64,000 nt of DNA from Selaginella moellendorffii (Eukaryota > Plantae > Lycopodiophyta): positions 1,354,330 through 1,418,329 of the forward strand of contig NW_003314283.1 of NCBI RefSeq assembly GCF_000143415.4, written 5' to 3'. Position 1 is the first letter of the stretch; each line of letters opens with the position of its first letter. Both the position numbers and the translations under genes were made by a program. The notes beneath the pieces are model-generated. The model made no database searches and was not told the origin of the DNA. It saw only the letters and a list, made by a program, of their open reading frames with translations. Of this stretch, positions 1 through 11,515 are shown in pieces.

Positions 1-693
1 CTTGCAGCTTGTAGATGTCACCATGACCAAGAAGGTGCCACTTTTGCTGCAAAAAGAGCCTTGAACTTGCAGCCAAGACGCTCTGCACCATACCTCCTCT
101 TGGCCACAAGCTACTAGGCTATTTAAATTGTTGAAAATCTTCTAAATTACTTCTAAATTTTGTATAGCAAAATAAGAAATTGAGAAGGATTGTGGTTCAA
201 AAAACTTTTAAAGGCATAGAAAGGCTTGACAATATGGAACTTGTGTCATGTTGTATTTAAACTATATATGACAACTTGATCTTGAAGAATTTTGGAATAA
301 ACATGGTTTAAAAAATTAAAACCCTAAACCCGGACATATTCTTTCCGTATTTCTCGCATATCCCCTGTGTACGGTAGAATTTAATTTTCCCACCCACCGC
401 AGAAACATAAAACCTCACCGACCCGTGGCCTTCGCCAACCCCAGGCTGCCACGTGGCGATTTGAACGCTGTGAAAGAGTCCCTGGGGTTTTTGGAGAGCA
501 AACAAGAACACACCGGAGCATCGCAGCGCTCGCAAGATCTTCATTCTCTCTCTCGATTCATCGTCCTGCAGGGTGAGTGGTAAATTCTTGGACTGAAATC
601 TCGGGGATTTTGGCGCTGGAAGCAGGCATGGTGCCAAGAATCGTCGCCTAGGGATCCATCGCGCCGCGCCATCGACCGATCCCCTCCATCCCC

Positions 694-999
694 ATGGACT
701 GGAAAGATCCGCGGCTCACCGAGCAGATATTGCAGTACACGCTCATCTCCTCGGCGCTCATCGCGATCGCCGCGGGCTACCTCACCGCCTCGCTCAAGAC
801 GATGTTCCTCGTCTATGGCGGCTGCGTGTTCGTGACGCTGCTCGTCATCGTCCCCGACTGGCCCTACTTCTGCCGCCATCCCCGCGAGTGGATGACTCCA
901 AAGAGGGCCGACGCTCCGTTCCACCACCAGCAGCAGCGATCATCGCCGGGCCTGGAATCCATCCGAGAATCGGCGCTGGATGCCAGCAAGAGAGATTGA
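694..999 (+). CDS. SPCS1: Signal peptidase complex subunit 1 (SPC12/SPCS1)
   Basis: 101-aa ORF starting MDWKDPRLTEQILQ, two hydrophobic helices, then the VIVPDWPYF..HP..W signature of SPC12. Confidence 0.88.
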   Translation: MDWKDPRLTEQILQYTLISSALIAIAAGYLTASLKTMFLVYGGCVFVTLLVIVPDWPYFCRHPREWMTPKRADAPFHHQQQRSSPGLESIRESALDASKRD

Positions 1000-1022
1000 T
1001 TGATCGACGCTTTCCTCCTCTC

Positions 1023-1054
<32 letters not shown>

Positions 1055-1335
1055 AGAGCTTTCTAATCCGATCCTGGCAAGAATAATCACCAAGAAGGAT
1101 TCGATTTCTCTTCGTCTTCTCGGGGATTTCTCCTCCCCCCTCCTCCCAGCGCTCCAGATTCATTGATTTCTTCGCCCCAGTACCAGCGCATCGTTGTTCT
1201 CTTTTAATGCTTGGCAGCCTTTCGCTCTGGTGGCCACTACCTGACATAAATTCAATGGAACCTTTTTTTATTTTTCTTTGTGAACGTTAGAACCCTAGAA
1301 ATGCGAAAGAGGAAGAACCCTAAATTTCGTTGGCT

Positions 1336-3898
1336 ATGGCGGAGGAGGAAGAAGGCGCGGGCTTCCACCTAGGGCAGCGCGTCCGGAGCGCGAGAGAGGC
1401 GCAGCAGCTCGGCACGGTGAGGTATGTCGGGCCAGTGGAGGGCTACGACGGGGTCTGGATTGGAGTGGATTGGGACAGCGGACAATCTCGCCACGACGGC
1501 TCCGTCAAAGGCGTTCGCTACTTCACCGCCAGCGGCGAGAAGTCGGGATCGCTCGTGAGGCCTTCGAATCTCAGCGCTGGGTGGAGTTTGCTCGAAGCTC
1601 TTGTCTCTAGGTACAAGATCAGCATGAGCAAAGACGATGCAGGTACTACATTTTCTTTTCTTTCTTTGCCAAGTGTGAACTGTGTGTGTTCTTCGTGGTG
1701 GCAGAGGATATGTATCTCATGTCTGTGAGGCAGAGAAAAGTTGCTGTGGAGCTCGTTGGGCAGAGCAAAGTGGAAGAGAAGCAAAAGAAGCTCAACGAGC
1801 TCCGCGCCGCATCGCTAGTCTTTGCCGGTGTTTCGTCACTCGGACCACCTGGAGAGATATCTTCTTCTGCTCCAAGTATGTCTTTTTGGCTTGCTTTCTT
1901 TCTTATCTGACAGTTTCATTGGGGTTGTTATCATGTCAGATATTGAAGAACTCGACTTGACGGGGAATCTGATCTCCGACTGGAACGTGAGTATTTAGCT
2001 CTACTTCTTTTTCTAGCATCTTTATGATCTACAGCTTGTTGCGTATAGTTTGTCACTTGTCTCTGCGAGGAGCTGCCGCGTTTGAGAGCCGTAGACCTCA
2101 GCTATAATCGAATTGATATCCGGCCAGAGATGCCACGGCCTCCTCTTAATTTGAGGACTGTTGTGCTGAATTACTGCTCTCTCTCTTGGGAACAGGTGCG
2201 CAACAGCGTTAGCGTTAGACCTTTTGTGAAAGTTTTTTGTAGGTTGACATGCTGAGCAAGTCGCTGCCGTTTGTGGAGGAGCTCCATCTTCGACATAACA
2301 ATATCCGTCTCTTACAGGTTTGTGCTCTACGTTATTTCCTTGCTTTTCAATTCTGTGAATAATGCGTGTATGCTCTAGACTTCTGGCGAAGCAGTTGAGG
2401 GATTTGAGGAGCTCCGGGTTCTCAACCTTGAAGGCAACAGCCTTGAAAGTTGGGACGAAATGATGAAGCTATCAAGCCTCAGAAGGTAGTCTTCTGTTTC
2501 ATTTTCTTGGGAGTAAGCTGACTGGCCGTCTGCAGCTTGAAGACTCTAAACGTCTCTGGAAATGCGATCACCAAAGTTTCCTATCCGGAAAACATAAAAG
2601 ACCAGTGGCCTTTCTTGCAACTATCATGTCTTCTTCTAGGTATGTTTCTCGTTTCTTATTTCACTCCTAATTTACTTTATGTTCTGGATGTAAGGAAAGA
2701 ATCAATTGGCAGACTGGGAGTCTGTGGATGCTCTTGACAAGTTTCCCAATCTCACGGTAGTCATCATGCATTATACTTTGGATTTTCTTTTATAACAAGT
2801 GCCTGTAGGAAGTAAGGCTGAGCGAGAATCCAATAGCAGATACAAGCAAAGGTGGTGCACCAAGATACGTTTTAGTAGCCCGGCTCAGCAAAATAACTGT
2901 TCTCAACGGGAGTGAAGTAAAGCAATGTGTCAATTATGCTCGGTTGTAATTGGTATCTTACAGGTCAAACCACGGGAAAGGAAAGACTCGGAGATCAGGC
3001 GAGTATAATAACCAGTATGATAGACCTCACANNNNNNNNNNNNNNNNNNNNNNNNNNNNNNNNNNNNNNNNNNNNNNNNNNNNNNNNNNNNNNNNNNNNN
3101 NNNNNNNNNNNNNNNNNNNNNNNNNNNNNNNCTCACAGCTCAAGGTGTCTACTGCAGATATGTCCGTCACGTTCTCAATACTATGACGCCAGGCGAAGAC
3201 ATCAGAAGATCTCATCCAAGGCAAGCAGTGTGTTTTCGGCATCCGTGTTAGTTGTTGTTTTTTCTCTCTTTTTGTTTTTTTTTTTTTTTTTTGGTCTGCA
3301 GGTTCGAGCAGTTGAAGAAACAGTATGATATTTCAGAAGAATCGGTGCCACAAGCTGGGTCACAATCATCTCAAAATATGGCGGCTAGCCTCATAAGTAA
3401 GCTCGTCTTTTTACCTCGATTACATGTGACTTCACGTTTGCTATTTACTTGCAGCAATTACGATCAAATGCGTTGCTGCCAGCCTAGGAGAAATCGCACC
3501 AGTGACTAGAAAGCTTCCTGGTTCGATGACGGTATTGCGTGGTGCATATTTTGCAGCGAAAACGATTGCTTGCGTGTATTGCAGGTCGGTAAGCTGAAGC
3601 TGCTTTGCGAGGCTTTGTTCAAGCTGAAAGCAACAAAGCAACGTCTTTTTTTGGAGGAAAAGGTCGTGCTCTTCCTCGCTTTCATTCACGACAATTGTCG
3701 TACTGATTGCCGCTTCTACACAGGAGAGCCCGCTGCCGCTTCCTCTCGATGACGACCTGGAGAGCCTCGGAAACATTGGATTTGGACAACAGGGTGTTAT
3801 TCTAATGGAAGAATGTAAGCATCGCGTTGCAGGTCTTGGTATCATCCAAAGGACGTGCCAATTTAAACTTACCCTTTTTCATATTTCTTTCAGGTTGA
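1336..3898 (+). CDS. TBCE: Tubulin-folding cofactor E (CAP-Gly + LRR + ubiquitin-like), multi-exon
   Basis: N-terminal CAP-Gly (GTVRYVGPVEG..G.WIGVDWD...RHDG...GVRYF), then LRR exons (IEELDLTGNLISDW, LRVLNLEGNSLESW) and a UBL-like end (KLPGSMT/VGKLKLLCE.LFKL). Many ~50-bp GT-AG introns. Spans the N gap; last exon uncertain. Confidence 0.9.
3032..3131. other. Assembly gap (100 N)
   Basis: Run of N inside the TBCE gene. Confidence 1.
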
Positions 3899-4266
3899 AT
3901 GCGATGTGCCGTGTTGGTGAGTGCAACTAAATTTTCAGCACATCGTCATCATCCTCGGCATCGCATTGGTGTTGTTACTGTAAACAAAAGGATGACTCTC
4001 CGTGTGCAACGATGCTCGTGCTCTTTTTTTACAATTTTTTCTTTTCTTTCCGTGCCACAGATTTGTGTCCCTCCTCATTATTTACATGATCCGCAAGAAC
4101 CGGAAGCATATCCCGATGACCAGTTGCGCTGGAGGAAGTAAAGTTCCGAGTCCATTGGATTTCTACTCCAGCACAAATTTTCTTTCTCCATGGAAGGTAA
4201 CTGCTTCGCAAGCTCGACTTGCTCACACTTTTCGTTCTTGCAGCAGCGAGTGAAGTCTAGAGCAAC

Positions 4267-4617
4267 ATGTCTAGAGATCTCCGCGATAGTCACGCTCCAC
4301 CCTGTGGAGACAATCAAGACTCTTGCGTCGATTCGCCAATGCCGTACTTGGTGGCGGCACTGGGAGCCATGCTGCTGCTCGTGGTCCTCACACAGACACT
4401 GCGGCTTATTTCGTATCTCCGGACCTCCCAGAATCTTAGAGCCGCCGCTAGTGCCCAGCAGCATCTCCAGCTCCGGCCAGCCGCGGGAGATGACCACCAA
4501 CAGGTCGAGAGCAAGTTGACACCAGGCCAGTGCCGTGAAATCGTTGTCATCATGGCTGGTGACGAAGCTCCCACTTTCCTCGCAGAGCCAACGAGAGTGG
4601 AAACGCCTACTCGGTAG
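4267..4617 (+). CDS. GDU: Glutamine dumper (GDU) family protein, regulator of amino-acid export
   Basis: SPMPYL..ALGAMLLL transmembrane segment plus the diagnostic VIMAGD..PTFLA.P motif. Confidence 0.85.
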   Translation: MSRDLRDSHAPPCGDNQDSCVDSPMPYLVAALGAMLLLVVLTQTLRLISYLRTSQNLRAAASAQQHLQLRPAAGDDHQQVESKLTPGQCREIVVIMAGDEAPTFLAEPTRVETPTR

Positions 4618-4963
4618 TTCTTAACACTGGATCCTGTTCTTGACAACCAAAATCACGAAAGTTCCTCGTCCAAGAGGTACTTTTTGTCTTTCCATTGATT
4701 TCTCTTGTGCTATTGTTAACAACAATTACGCTCTTGTTTTGGAGGATAATCTGCCGACCAGAATAGTTTAAGAGCAAACAAGGCTGTGGCAGATGTTGGC
4801 AAGTTCTTGAGTGTCTTGGAGCTAGAATAGCCGGCCGAGATTTTCTTTGTCCGTTTTGATAAGTCTAAACCATTTAGAAACACTCGTTCGGTTTCCCAGG
4901 TCCTGTTCGTGCCTCGTGATTTATACCAGGCACCGAGGAGTTTACTTCTGTGCCTCTGCCAAA

Positions 4964-6169
4964 ATGCTTCCAGCACAGAGCGCGTTCTTGCGGATGTTTT
5001 GCTGCCATGGGCCTCTCACCAGGTAAGCTTCTTACTCTAGATTTCTAAATCGCCTAAAAAATCTTCTCTCCTGTCCTCATAGTTACCAGGAAGATCACAA
5101 AGGAGGCGGCTCGAGCTGGAGGATCTTCACATTCAAGGAACTTATCAATGCTACTAGCAACTTCTCGGACGATCGAAAGCTTGGAGAAGGTGGCTTTGGC
5201 AGCGTTTTTTGGGGACAACTTAGTGATGGTACTCAGGTAAGCTATCATGGCAAAAGAAAAGACTGCGCTAAACTCATTCGTATCTATAATAGATTGCAGT
5301 CAAGAGATTGAAGAACCTGACCACCACAAACGAGATGGCATTTGCGGTGGAAGTCGAGACATTGGGACGCGTCCAGCACAGAAATCTTCTAAAGCTCCGC
5401 GGCTACTGCACAGACGGCCAAGAGCGCATCATCGTCTACGATTACATGCCGAACTTGAGCCTCCTGTCACACCTCCATGGAAAGCTCGGCTCCAGCGCGT
5501 GCTTAAGCTGGCCGAAGAGGGTGAAAATCGCGATGGGATCCGCGGAAGCAATCGAGTAAGTTCATGGCTTTTCTTGATATCTTTGTCTAACTTTGCATTG
5601 CCAGATACTTGCATCACGATGCGAACCCCCACATCATCCACAGGGACGTGAAAGCCAGCAACGTTCTCATCGACGCCAACTTCGAGGCACAGATCGCCGA
5701 CTTTGGCTTCGCCAAGTTCGTCCCGGAGGGAGTGACTCACATGACCACCCGAGTGAAAGGAACGCTGGGATACTTGGCCCCAGAGTACGCGATGTGGGGG
5801 AAGGTGTCCGAGAGCTGCGACGTCTACAGCTTCGGGATCCTGCTGCTGGAGCTCATCAGCGGGCGGAAGCCGATCGAGAAGATGGGGTCGGGAATGAAGC
5901 GCACCATCGTCGAGTGGGCCGCGCCGCTCGTGTTCCAGGGGAAGTTCGAGGACCTGGTGGATCCCAAGCTCCAGGGGAAGTTCAGCATGCTCCAGCTCAA
6001 GAAGCTGGTTCACGCGGCCACCTTGTGCGCGCAGAGCAATCCGGAGAACAGACCCACGATGCGAGAGGTGGTGGCCATCCTGAAAGAAAAGCGTCTAGAC
6101 ATGACCTCTGGGAGTTTCCGGATGGACACTGTGAAGTATAGACAAGAACTCTTGGATGAAGAAGACTAA
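4964..6169 (+). CDS. Receptor-like cytoplasmic kinase (PTI1-like RLCK), 4 exons
   Basis: [14 protein letters not shown]...[36 protein letters not shown] and [10 protein letters not shown] motifs. N-terminal FCC; no ectodomain. Confidence 0.92.
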
Positions 6170-6392
6170 GAAGTAGTTCCTGGAACTCCTGGAAGAAACT
6201 ACTTCTTAGACTTCTTCCAGAGAGTTTTTTTGTTTCCAAGTCTATGGCTTTACAAAGGCCAGAACTCCTGGATGAAGAAGACTTAAGTTTGTTCTTCATC
6301 TAGAGAGTTTTTTCCCAAGTGTATAAGTTTGTCAAGCAAAGAAATTTTTTTTCCAAGTGTGGAACTTCGAGGGATTAGGGTTCTTGTTTGCG

Positions 6393-6728
6393 ATGGACAA
6401 CGCTGGTGGATCAGGCGCTGGTGGAAGTGGGGTCTTGGCTCCGCCACCGCCGATTGAGCCAGTGACTTACATGTGTGGAGGTGAGCGGCGCCATGTTTTA
6501 CTTCGCTTGGTGTGGGTTTTTAGATCTTTTTGTTTGCTAGATTGTGGAACCGACAATTCGCTCAAGCCTGGGGATGTGATACAGTGCCGGGAATGCGGCT
6601 ATCGCATCCTCTACAAGAAGAGAACTCGAAGGAGTAAGCGAATCTCTTGTTTGTTGTGGTTTTAGAGCTTTCCATTCGCTCATCTCGGCTCTTGGGTGAT
6701 TGCAGTTGTGCAGTATGAAGCACGCTAG
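6393..6728 (+). CDS. NRPB12: RNA polymerase shared subunit 12 (RPB12/RPABC4), 3 exons
   Basis: Spliced product VTYMCG|[31 protein letters not shown]|.VQYEAR*, the Rpb12 zinc ribbon. Confidence 0.95.
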
Positions 6729-7015
6729 GCGGCAAAACTCATCCTTTTCGCATGAATCTTAAAGACGATACTGTTCTTTCTCGATCTCCTCGATCTCTCT
6801 CACATCCTCTAGGTACTGTGCTGCGTGTTGTTTTGATAGTAATGGAAGCCCACTAAAGTGGAAGTCCACTTTCTGGAAAAATGCATGAAAGGTGTCACGT
6901 ATCAATCAAGTGTTTAGGTACTTCAAAATTGCCCAAGATGGGCATCTTTATTTTTTATAAAGAATGATGGAAGAATGAATATGATGGAGCAATCTTTCAA
7001 AACTTTGGTCTTGGC

Positions 7016-8578
7016 CTAGAGCTTTGACATCATGCTAACCTGCTTGTAGTGGCTGGGTCTGCTGTCTGGATACGTCACAAGCACCATCCTGTAGCCTTCA
7101 CGCTTGAGAAGCAACTGTTGACTCAACTCGAGTTGCTCACAGGCCATTTCTCCGGCATGCACACTTGAACCTCGGATGACTTTGGAGTGGAGGAGCATGA
7201 ACTTGCCATCTGCCAGCTCCACCACCGCGTTGTGCCATGGCGTTGGGATGTGGAAGTTCTTCTCCTCGGAAGAACGCTGGGCTGCCACAAGAGAGGAATG
7301 GATGATGTTGATACCATACTTGGGACCTCGATTTGGATGCGGATGGATGGAGATGCGCAGCTGCAACGGGAAGAGCCACTCCACCATGGCCGAGTATGCA
7401 CGGTTCCTGAGGATCATGAGGAAGGCAACCTGGCTGCACAGCTTCTTCTTGGCCGACTTTGACGGGAGATTCTTGCAACTCTTGTGTTCGTACAAGTCCT
7501 CGAGCATGAACCTGGAGAAGCCACGATAAAGATTGCGTGTCTCCGGGTCATCCTTGATCTCCTTGGTGACAGTTGACTCGTCACAGCCAAACAAGCACAT
7601 GAGAGCTCGCCTGGCATTCTCTGCATTGGCGGTGAGCTCGGTAGCAACAGGATGCTCCACGGTGGTGTTGGAGATGAGCTTCGTAATGCTGTCCTCACTG
7701 TGGTTGTCCAGCAGAAACTCATCCAGGCGAAAGAAATTGACCAAGCCCGGATACAAGTTGTGTGCCATCTCCCAAAACATCTCGCCATAAGAATCCACAG
7801 CAGCGTCGTCCGAGCCGACGAGATCGGAGAAGACATGGCCATCCGAGACGACGTTGTAATGCACGCCTGGAGCATACACGGCCTTGATGAGATCCGCAAC
7901 AATCTTCATGGAATGGATGGCCAGCTCCTCGGCCTTGTCGGGGAACTTTCCCAGAGTCTTGTCGGGATTACACGACTTGACTGGAAATGCCGGCAAGATG
8001 AACTCGAGTGGGATATTTCTTGCGACGTGGTACCTCACCTTGTCCGCAAACCTCTGCTTGCCCCCACTTGTGAACCACTGGTCGTGCTTTGGAAAGTGGA
8101 TGTAATTCCTCTCGATGATGTCCACAATTTGGGAGGTGATATCGTCCACCTCTTGAGGTGTGTGCGAGCTGAAGGACTCCAGGAGGCAATCTCTGGTCAT
8201 GACGCTAGTGTCCAGCAGCAGAGAGGCCAGGTAGCTCATCTCGCTCTCCACTGTGCCCGCGGGATCCTGCATGAAGGCAACGCCCTCGAATCCGTTGCCA
8301 ATATATCTCTCGTAGACAGTGGCTGTCCACTCCTGATCATCTGCTGCTCCAAGCATGGAAATCGTGTATCTGTTGATCTCTGGAGCAATAGACCGTGTGG
8401 CTTGCTTGGCCGCCTCTAAATCTTCTTCTGTGCTCACAACCATGGAGGAAAACATGAAGTCACTACTCTGAGCGGTAGAAACAGGGACATATCTTGACGC
8501 AGACTGTGAGATGAATGCAACCTCGCCATTCTCCCTGTGAATATACAAGAATGCAATCTTGTCCTTGGGATAAGCCAT
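7016..8578 (-). CDS. Isocyanide synthase (DIT1/PvcA family), copy 1, 520 aa, intronless
   Basis: Family motifs LPAFPVKS.N..K.LG..PDKAEELA, SDGHVFSD, RNRAYS, LRISIHPH, KYGI and HIPTPWHN. First ATG is 8578 (MAYPKDK), matching the starts of the paralogs. Confidence 0.9.
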   Translation of the reverse strand: MAYPKDKIAFLYIHRENGEVAFISQSASRYVPVSTAQSSDFMFSSMVVSTEEDLEAAKQATRSIAPEINRYTISMLGAADDQEWTATVYERYIGNGFEGVAFMQDPAGTVESEMSYLASLLLDTSVMTRDCLLESFSSHTPQEVDDITSQIVDIIERNYIHFPKHDQWFTSGGKQRFADKVRYHVARNIPLEFILPAFPVKSCNPDKTLGKFPDKAEELAIHSMKIVADLIKAVYAPGVHYNVVSDGHVFSDLVGSDDAAVDSYGEMFWEMAHNLYPGLVNFFRLDEFLLDNHSEDSITKLISNTTVEHPVATELTANAENARRALMCLFGCDESTVTKEIKDDPETRNLYRGFSRFMLEDLYEHKSCKNLPSKSAKKKLCSQVAFLMILRNRAYSAMVEWLFPLQLRISIHPHPNRGPKYGINIIHSSLVAAQRSSEEKNFHIPTPWHNAVVELADGKFMLLHSKVIRGSSVHAGEMACEQLELSQQLLLKREGYRMVLVTYPDSRPSHYKQVSMMSKL

Positions 8579-9386
8579 GACTCTGAGTTCGTCACTGAGA
8601 AATTCAGGTCGAGCTAAATCGTCAAGTGCCAGTGGTGTGGATCTTAGGAGCCCGAGTCTTTTATACGGGAAAACCAAAGGTTCGTCTATCTTTGACTGAC
8701 GTGATATTTGAAAACGTCTTGTCGAGGGAAGATTCCCTGTAAAGTAACGTCAAAGTCGGCTCCTTCAATGCATGTTTTGTGATAAGCACATTGGATCCTG
8801 CGTATAAAGAATTGCAAAATGAATGTTCTTCGAAGCCAAGATTATGCTTCAAGCTAGAACTAGGTCTCTAGCAAGCGATCACAGTAAAAGTTGTCAAGCA
8901 TTACCGTGTTGCTTGTACCATTTTTGGGAATCATCCTCTTTCGCTATAAGCACGTGTAAAATAGTTTATGCTTGCCTTAAAGGACCATTAGAACCATGCA
9001 AAGTTTTGCAAACACATGGATCCAACGTGCTTATCGCAAAACCATTTGTTTCGAATAAGCAACAGGGATGTCCTGCGTGGGCCATCCCAATGCAATGGAT
9101 AATTCAACGTTCATTCAGCCGAGTAAGTTATGGAAAGTTTTGTAATGCTTCAGATTCAAACTTCCTAGTGTCCAAAAAGATTTTATTTTTCTACCTTACT
9201 GTAGGCCCAAGTATATCTGATATCTCATCTGCGTAAGCTGTAGGATGTCTTAAGCCCTCTTGCTTTGCTAATAAATAAACAACTGCGCAACAACACTGTA
9301 CATTTTGAAACTCTTAGATCTTTCCAATAGCACATTGCCCTAATTTTAGGGTTTCCTAGTGTTAAGCTTCCAAACTCCTGATTTCC
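8579..9386. promoter_or_regulatory. Divergent intergenic/promoter region between ICS copies 1 and 2
   Basis: Head-to-head ATGs ~0.8 kb apart. Minus-strand TATAAAA near 8660, TTGACTGACGTG at 8692-8703, CACGTG at 8951, and a 25-bp inverted repeat at 8774-8798 / 9018-9042. Confidence 0.6.
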
Positions 9387-10932
9387 ATGGCTTTTCCAAA
9401 GGACAAGATTGCGTTCTTGTATATCCAGAAGGAGAATGGCGAGGTGGCATTCATTTCACAGTCTGCCATATGTCCCCCAAGTTGCCACTCAGAAGAGCAG
9501 TAGTGACGAATTCATGTTTTCTTCCATGGTTGCGAGTACAGCAGAAGATCTAGAGGCAGTCAAGCAAGCCACACGCTCAGTGGCCCCAGAGGTGAACAGG
9601 TACACCATTTCCATGCTTGGAGCTGATCCATGCTCCTCGTGGGAAGCCACCATCTACGAGAGATACATTGGGAATGGATTCGAGGGCGTGGTTTTCATCC
9701 AGGAGGAGGATAGCGAGAACATGAAGTATCTGGCCTCTCTGCTGCTGGACAACAGCGTCATGACTAGGGATTGTCTTCTGGAGCCCTTCAGCTCGCACAC
9801 ACCTCAAGAGGTGGACGACATCACCTCGCAAGTTGTGGACATCATAGAGAAGAATTACATCCACTTCCCAAAGCACGACCAGTGGTTCACCAGCGGGGGC
9901 AAGCAGAGGTTCGCGGACAGGGTGAGATATCATGTCGCAAGAAATATCCCACTGGAGTTCATCTTGCCGGCATTTCCAGTCAAGTCGTGCAATCCCGACA
10001 AGACTCTGGGAAAGAGCCCTGACAAGGCCGAGGAGCTGGCCATCCATTCCATGAAGATTGTGGCTGATCTCATCAAAGCCGTGTACGCTCCAGGGGTGCA
10101 CTACAACGTTGTTTCGGATGGCCATGTCTTCTCCGATCTCGTCAGCTCGGACGATGCTGCTGTGGATTCTTATGGCGAGATGTTTTGGGAGATGGCACAC
10201 AACTTGTATCCGGGTTTGGTCAATTTCTTTCGCCTGGATGAGTTTCTGCTGGACAACCACAGTGAGGACAGCATCGCGAAGCTTATTTCTAACACCGATG
10301 TGGACCACCCCGTTGCGACCGAGCTCACCACACATGCAGAGAATGCCAGGCGAGCTCTCATGTGCTTGTTTGGCTGTGACGACTCAACAGTCACCAAGGA
10401 GATCAAGGAGGACCCGGAGACACGCAATCTTTATCGTGGCTTCTCCAGGTTCATGCTCGAGGACTTGTACGAACACAAAAGCTGCAAGAATCTCCCGTCA
10501 AAGTCGGCAAAGAAAAAGTTGTGCAGCCAAGTTGCCTTTCTCACGATCCTCCGCAACCGCGCATACTCGGCCATGGTGGAGTGGCTCTTCCCGTTGCAGC
10601 TGCGCATCTCTATCCACCCGCATCCAAATCGAGGTCCAAAGTATGGCATCAACATCATCCACTCCTCTCTTGTGGCAGCCCAGCATTCTTCTGAGGAGAA
10701 GAACTTCCACATCCCAACACCATGGCACAATACGGTGGTGGAGCTGGCGGATGGCAAGTTCATGCTGCTGCACTCCAAAGTCATCCGAGGTTCGAGTATG
10801 CATACCGGAGAAATGGCCTGTGAGCAACTCGAGTTGAGTCAACAATTGCTTCTCAACCGTGAAGGCTACAGAATGACACTGATGAGATATCCAGACGGCA
10901 GACCCAGCCACTACAGGCAAGTCAGTGTCTAG
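9387..10932 (+). pseudogene. Isocyanide synthase copy 2, with a 5-bp frameshifting deletion near the 5' end
   Basis: Same ATG as copy 4 (MAFPKDK), but AGGAG is missing after position 9467 (length 1546 vs 1551 bp). The downstream frame is intact with all ICS motifs. Confidence 0.82.
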
Positions 10933-11038
10933 AATTGCTCGGATTATATTCTTTTTAGGTCAAATTAAATCAAATTTGAAATAAGTGAATACCATATTTT
11001 ATTTTCCACGTCTTGAATTAGAGTTCTAGATTAGTTTT

Positions 11039-11503
11039 TGTCGCTCCTCGCGACAACACACCAGCGACGTGGAGAATCACTGCTGCCTAGCCTCGTCTCT
11101 AGCCTCGTCAGCGACCTTTGCTAGAACCTCTGCCAACATCCTAACCCAGGGCTGCCCACAAGTTGGACAACTCACACAGATTGGTTGATCTTGAGCAATT
11201 CTCGCTATGATACGCTCCTCCAACAACCGTAGTCGCCGCTGCACTGCCAACCTCCGCTCCACGCACTCCAAGGCTGTTGGACGAGGCATCCTTCCAAGAC
11301 CTTCTCTTTAATTCACTCCCTTCCCTTCTACACACATGCTATGCCTCCAATTGGCCGTCCCCCCTATCGTCAACCTCTGGCACCAAGGGACGCACCCTGT
11401 TTTCAGCAGAATATTCCCTTATTCCCCCCACTATAACCAAAAAGAAGGAAAAAACCCCGACTTGGACCAAGTCTTATTTTTGAGCTAGCTCTGGCCTTCG
11501 ACA
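11039..11503 (-). repeat. 3' LTR
   Basis: TGTCG...CGACA. Differs from 18557-19022 by about 8 substitutions and 1 indel (counted by eye). Confidence 0.95.
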
Positions 11504-11515
11504 TCACCCCGGCAA

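Noticed and set aside
1011-1054. CT microsatellites (also at 50033-50053)
   Set aside because: Common UTR-associated simple repeats.
6146-6320. Short direct repeats around the kinase stop codon (GAACTCYTGGATGAAGAAGACT)
   Set aside because: A small local 3' UTR duplication with no evidence of function.
8579-8677. 33-aa N-terminal extension of ICS copy 1 in the ORF track (possible targeting peptide)
   Set aside because: It starts at a non-ATG codon and overlaps the TATA-like box. Paralogs begin at the MA[YF]PKDK methionine.
7123-10920. Long antisense and alternate-frame ORFs over the ICS genes (e.g. 7652-8419, 9577-10335, 10058-10837)
   Set aside because: Shadow ORFs caused by GC3-rich codon usage, with no recognisable motifs.
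7016-10932. Calling these 'pyoverdine biosynthesis' genes
   Set aside because: That label is a legacy family name for PvcA. No NRPS or siderophore genes are present, and the family chemistry is isocyanide synthesis.
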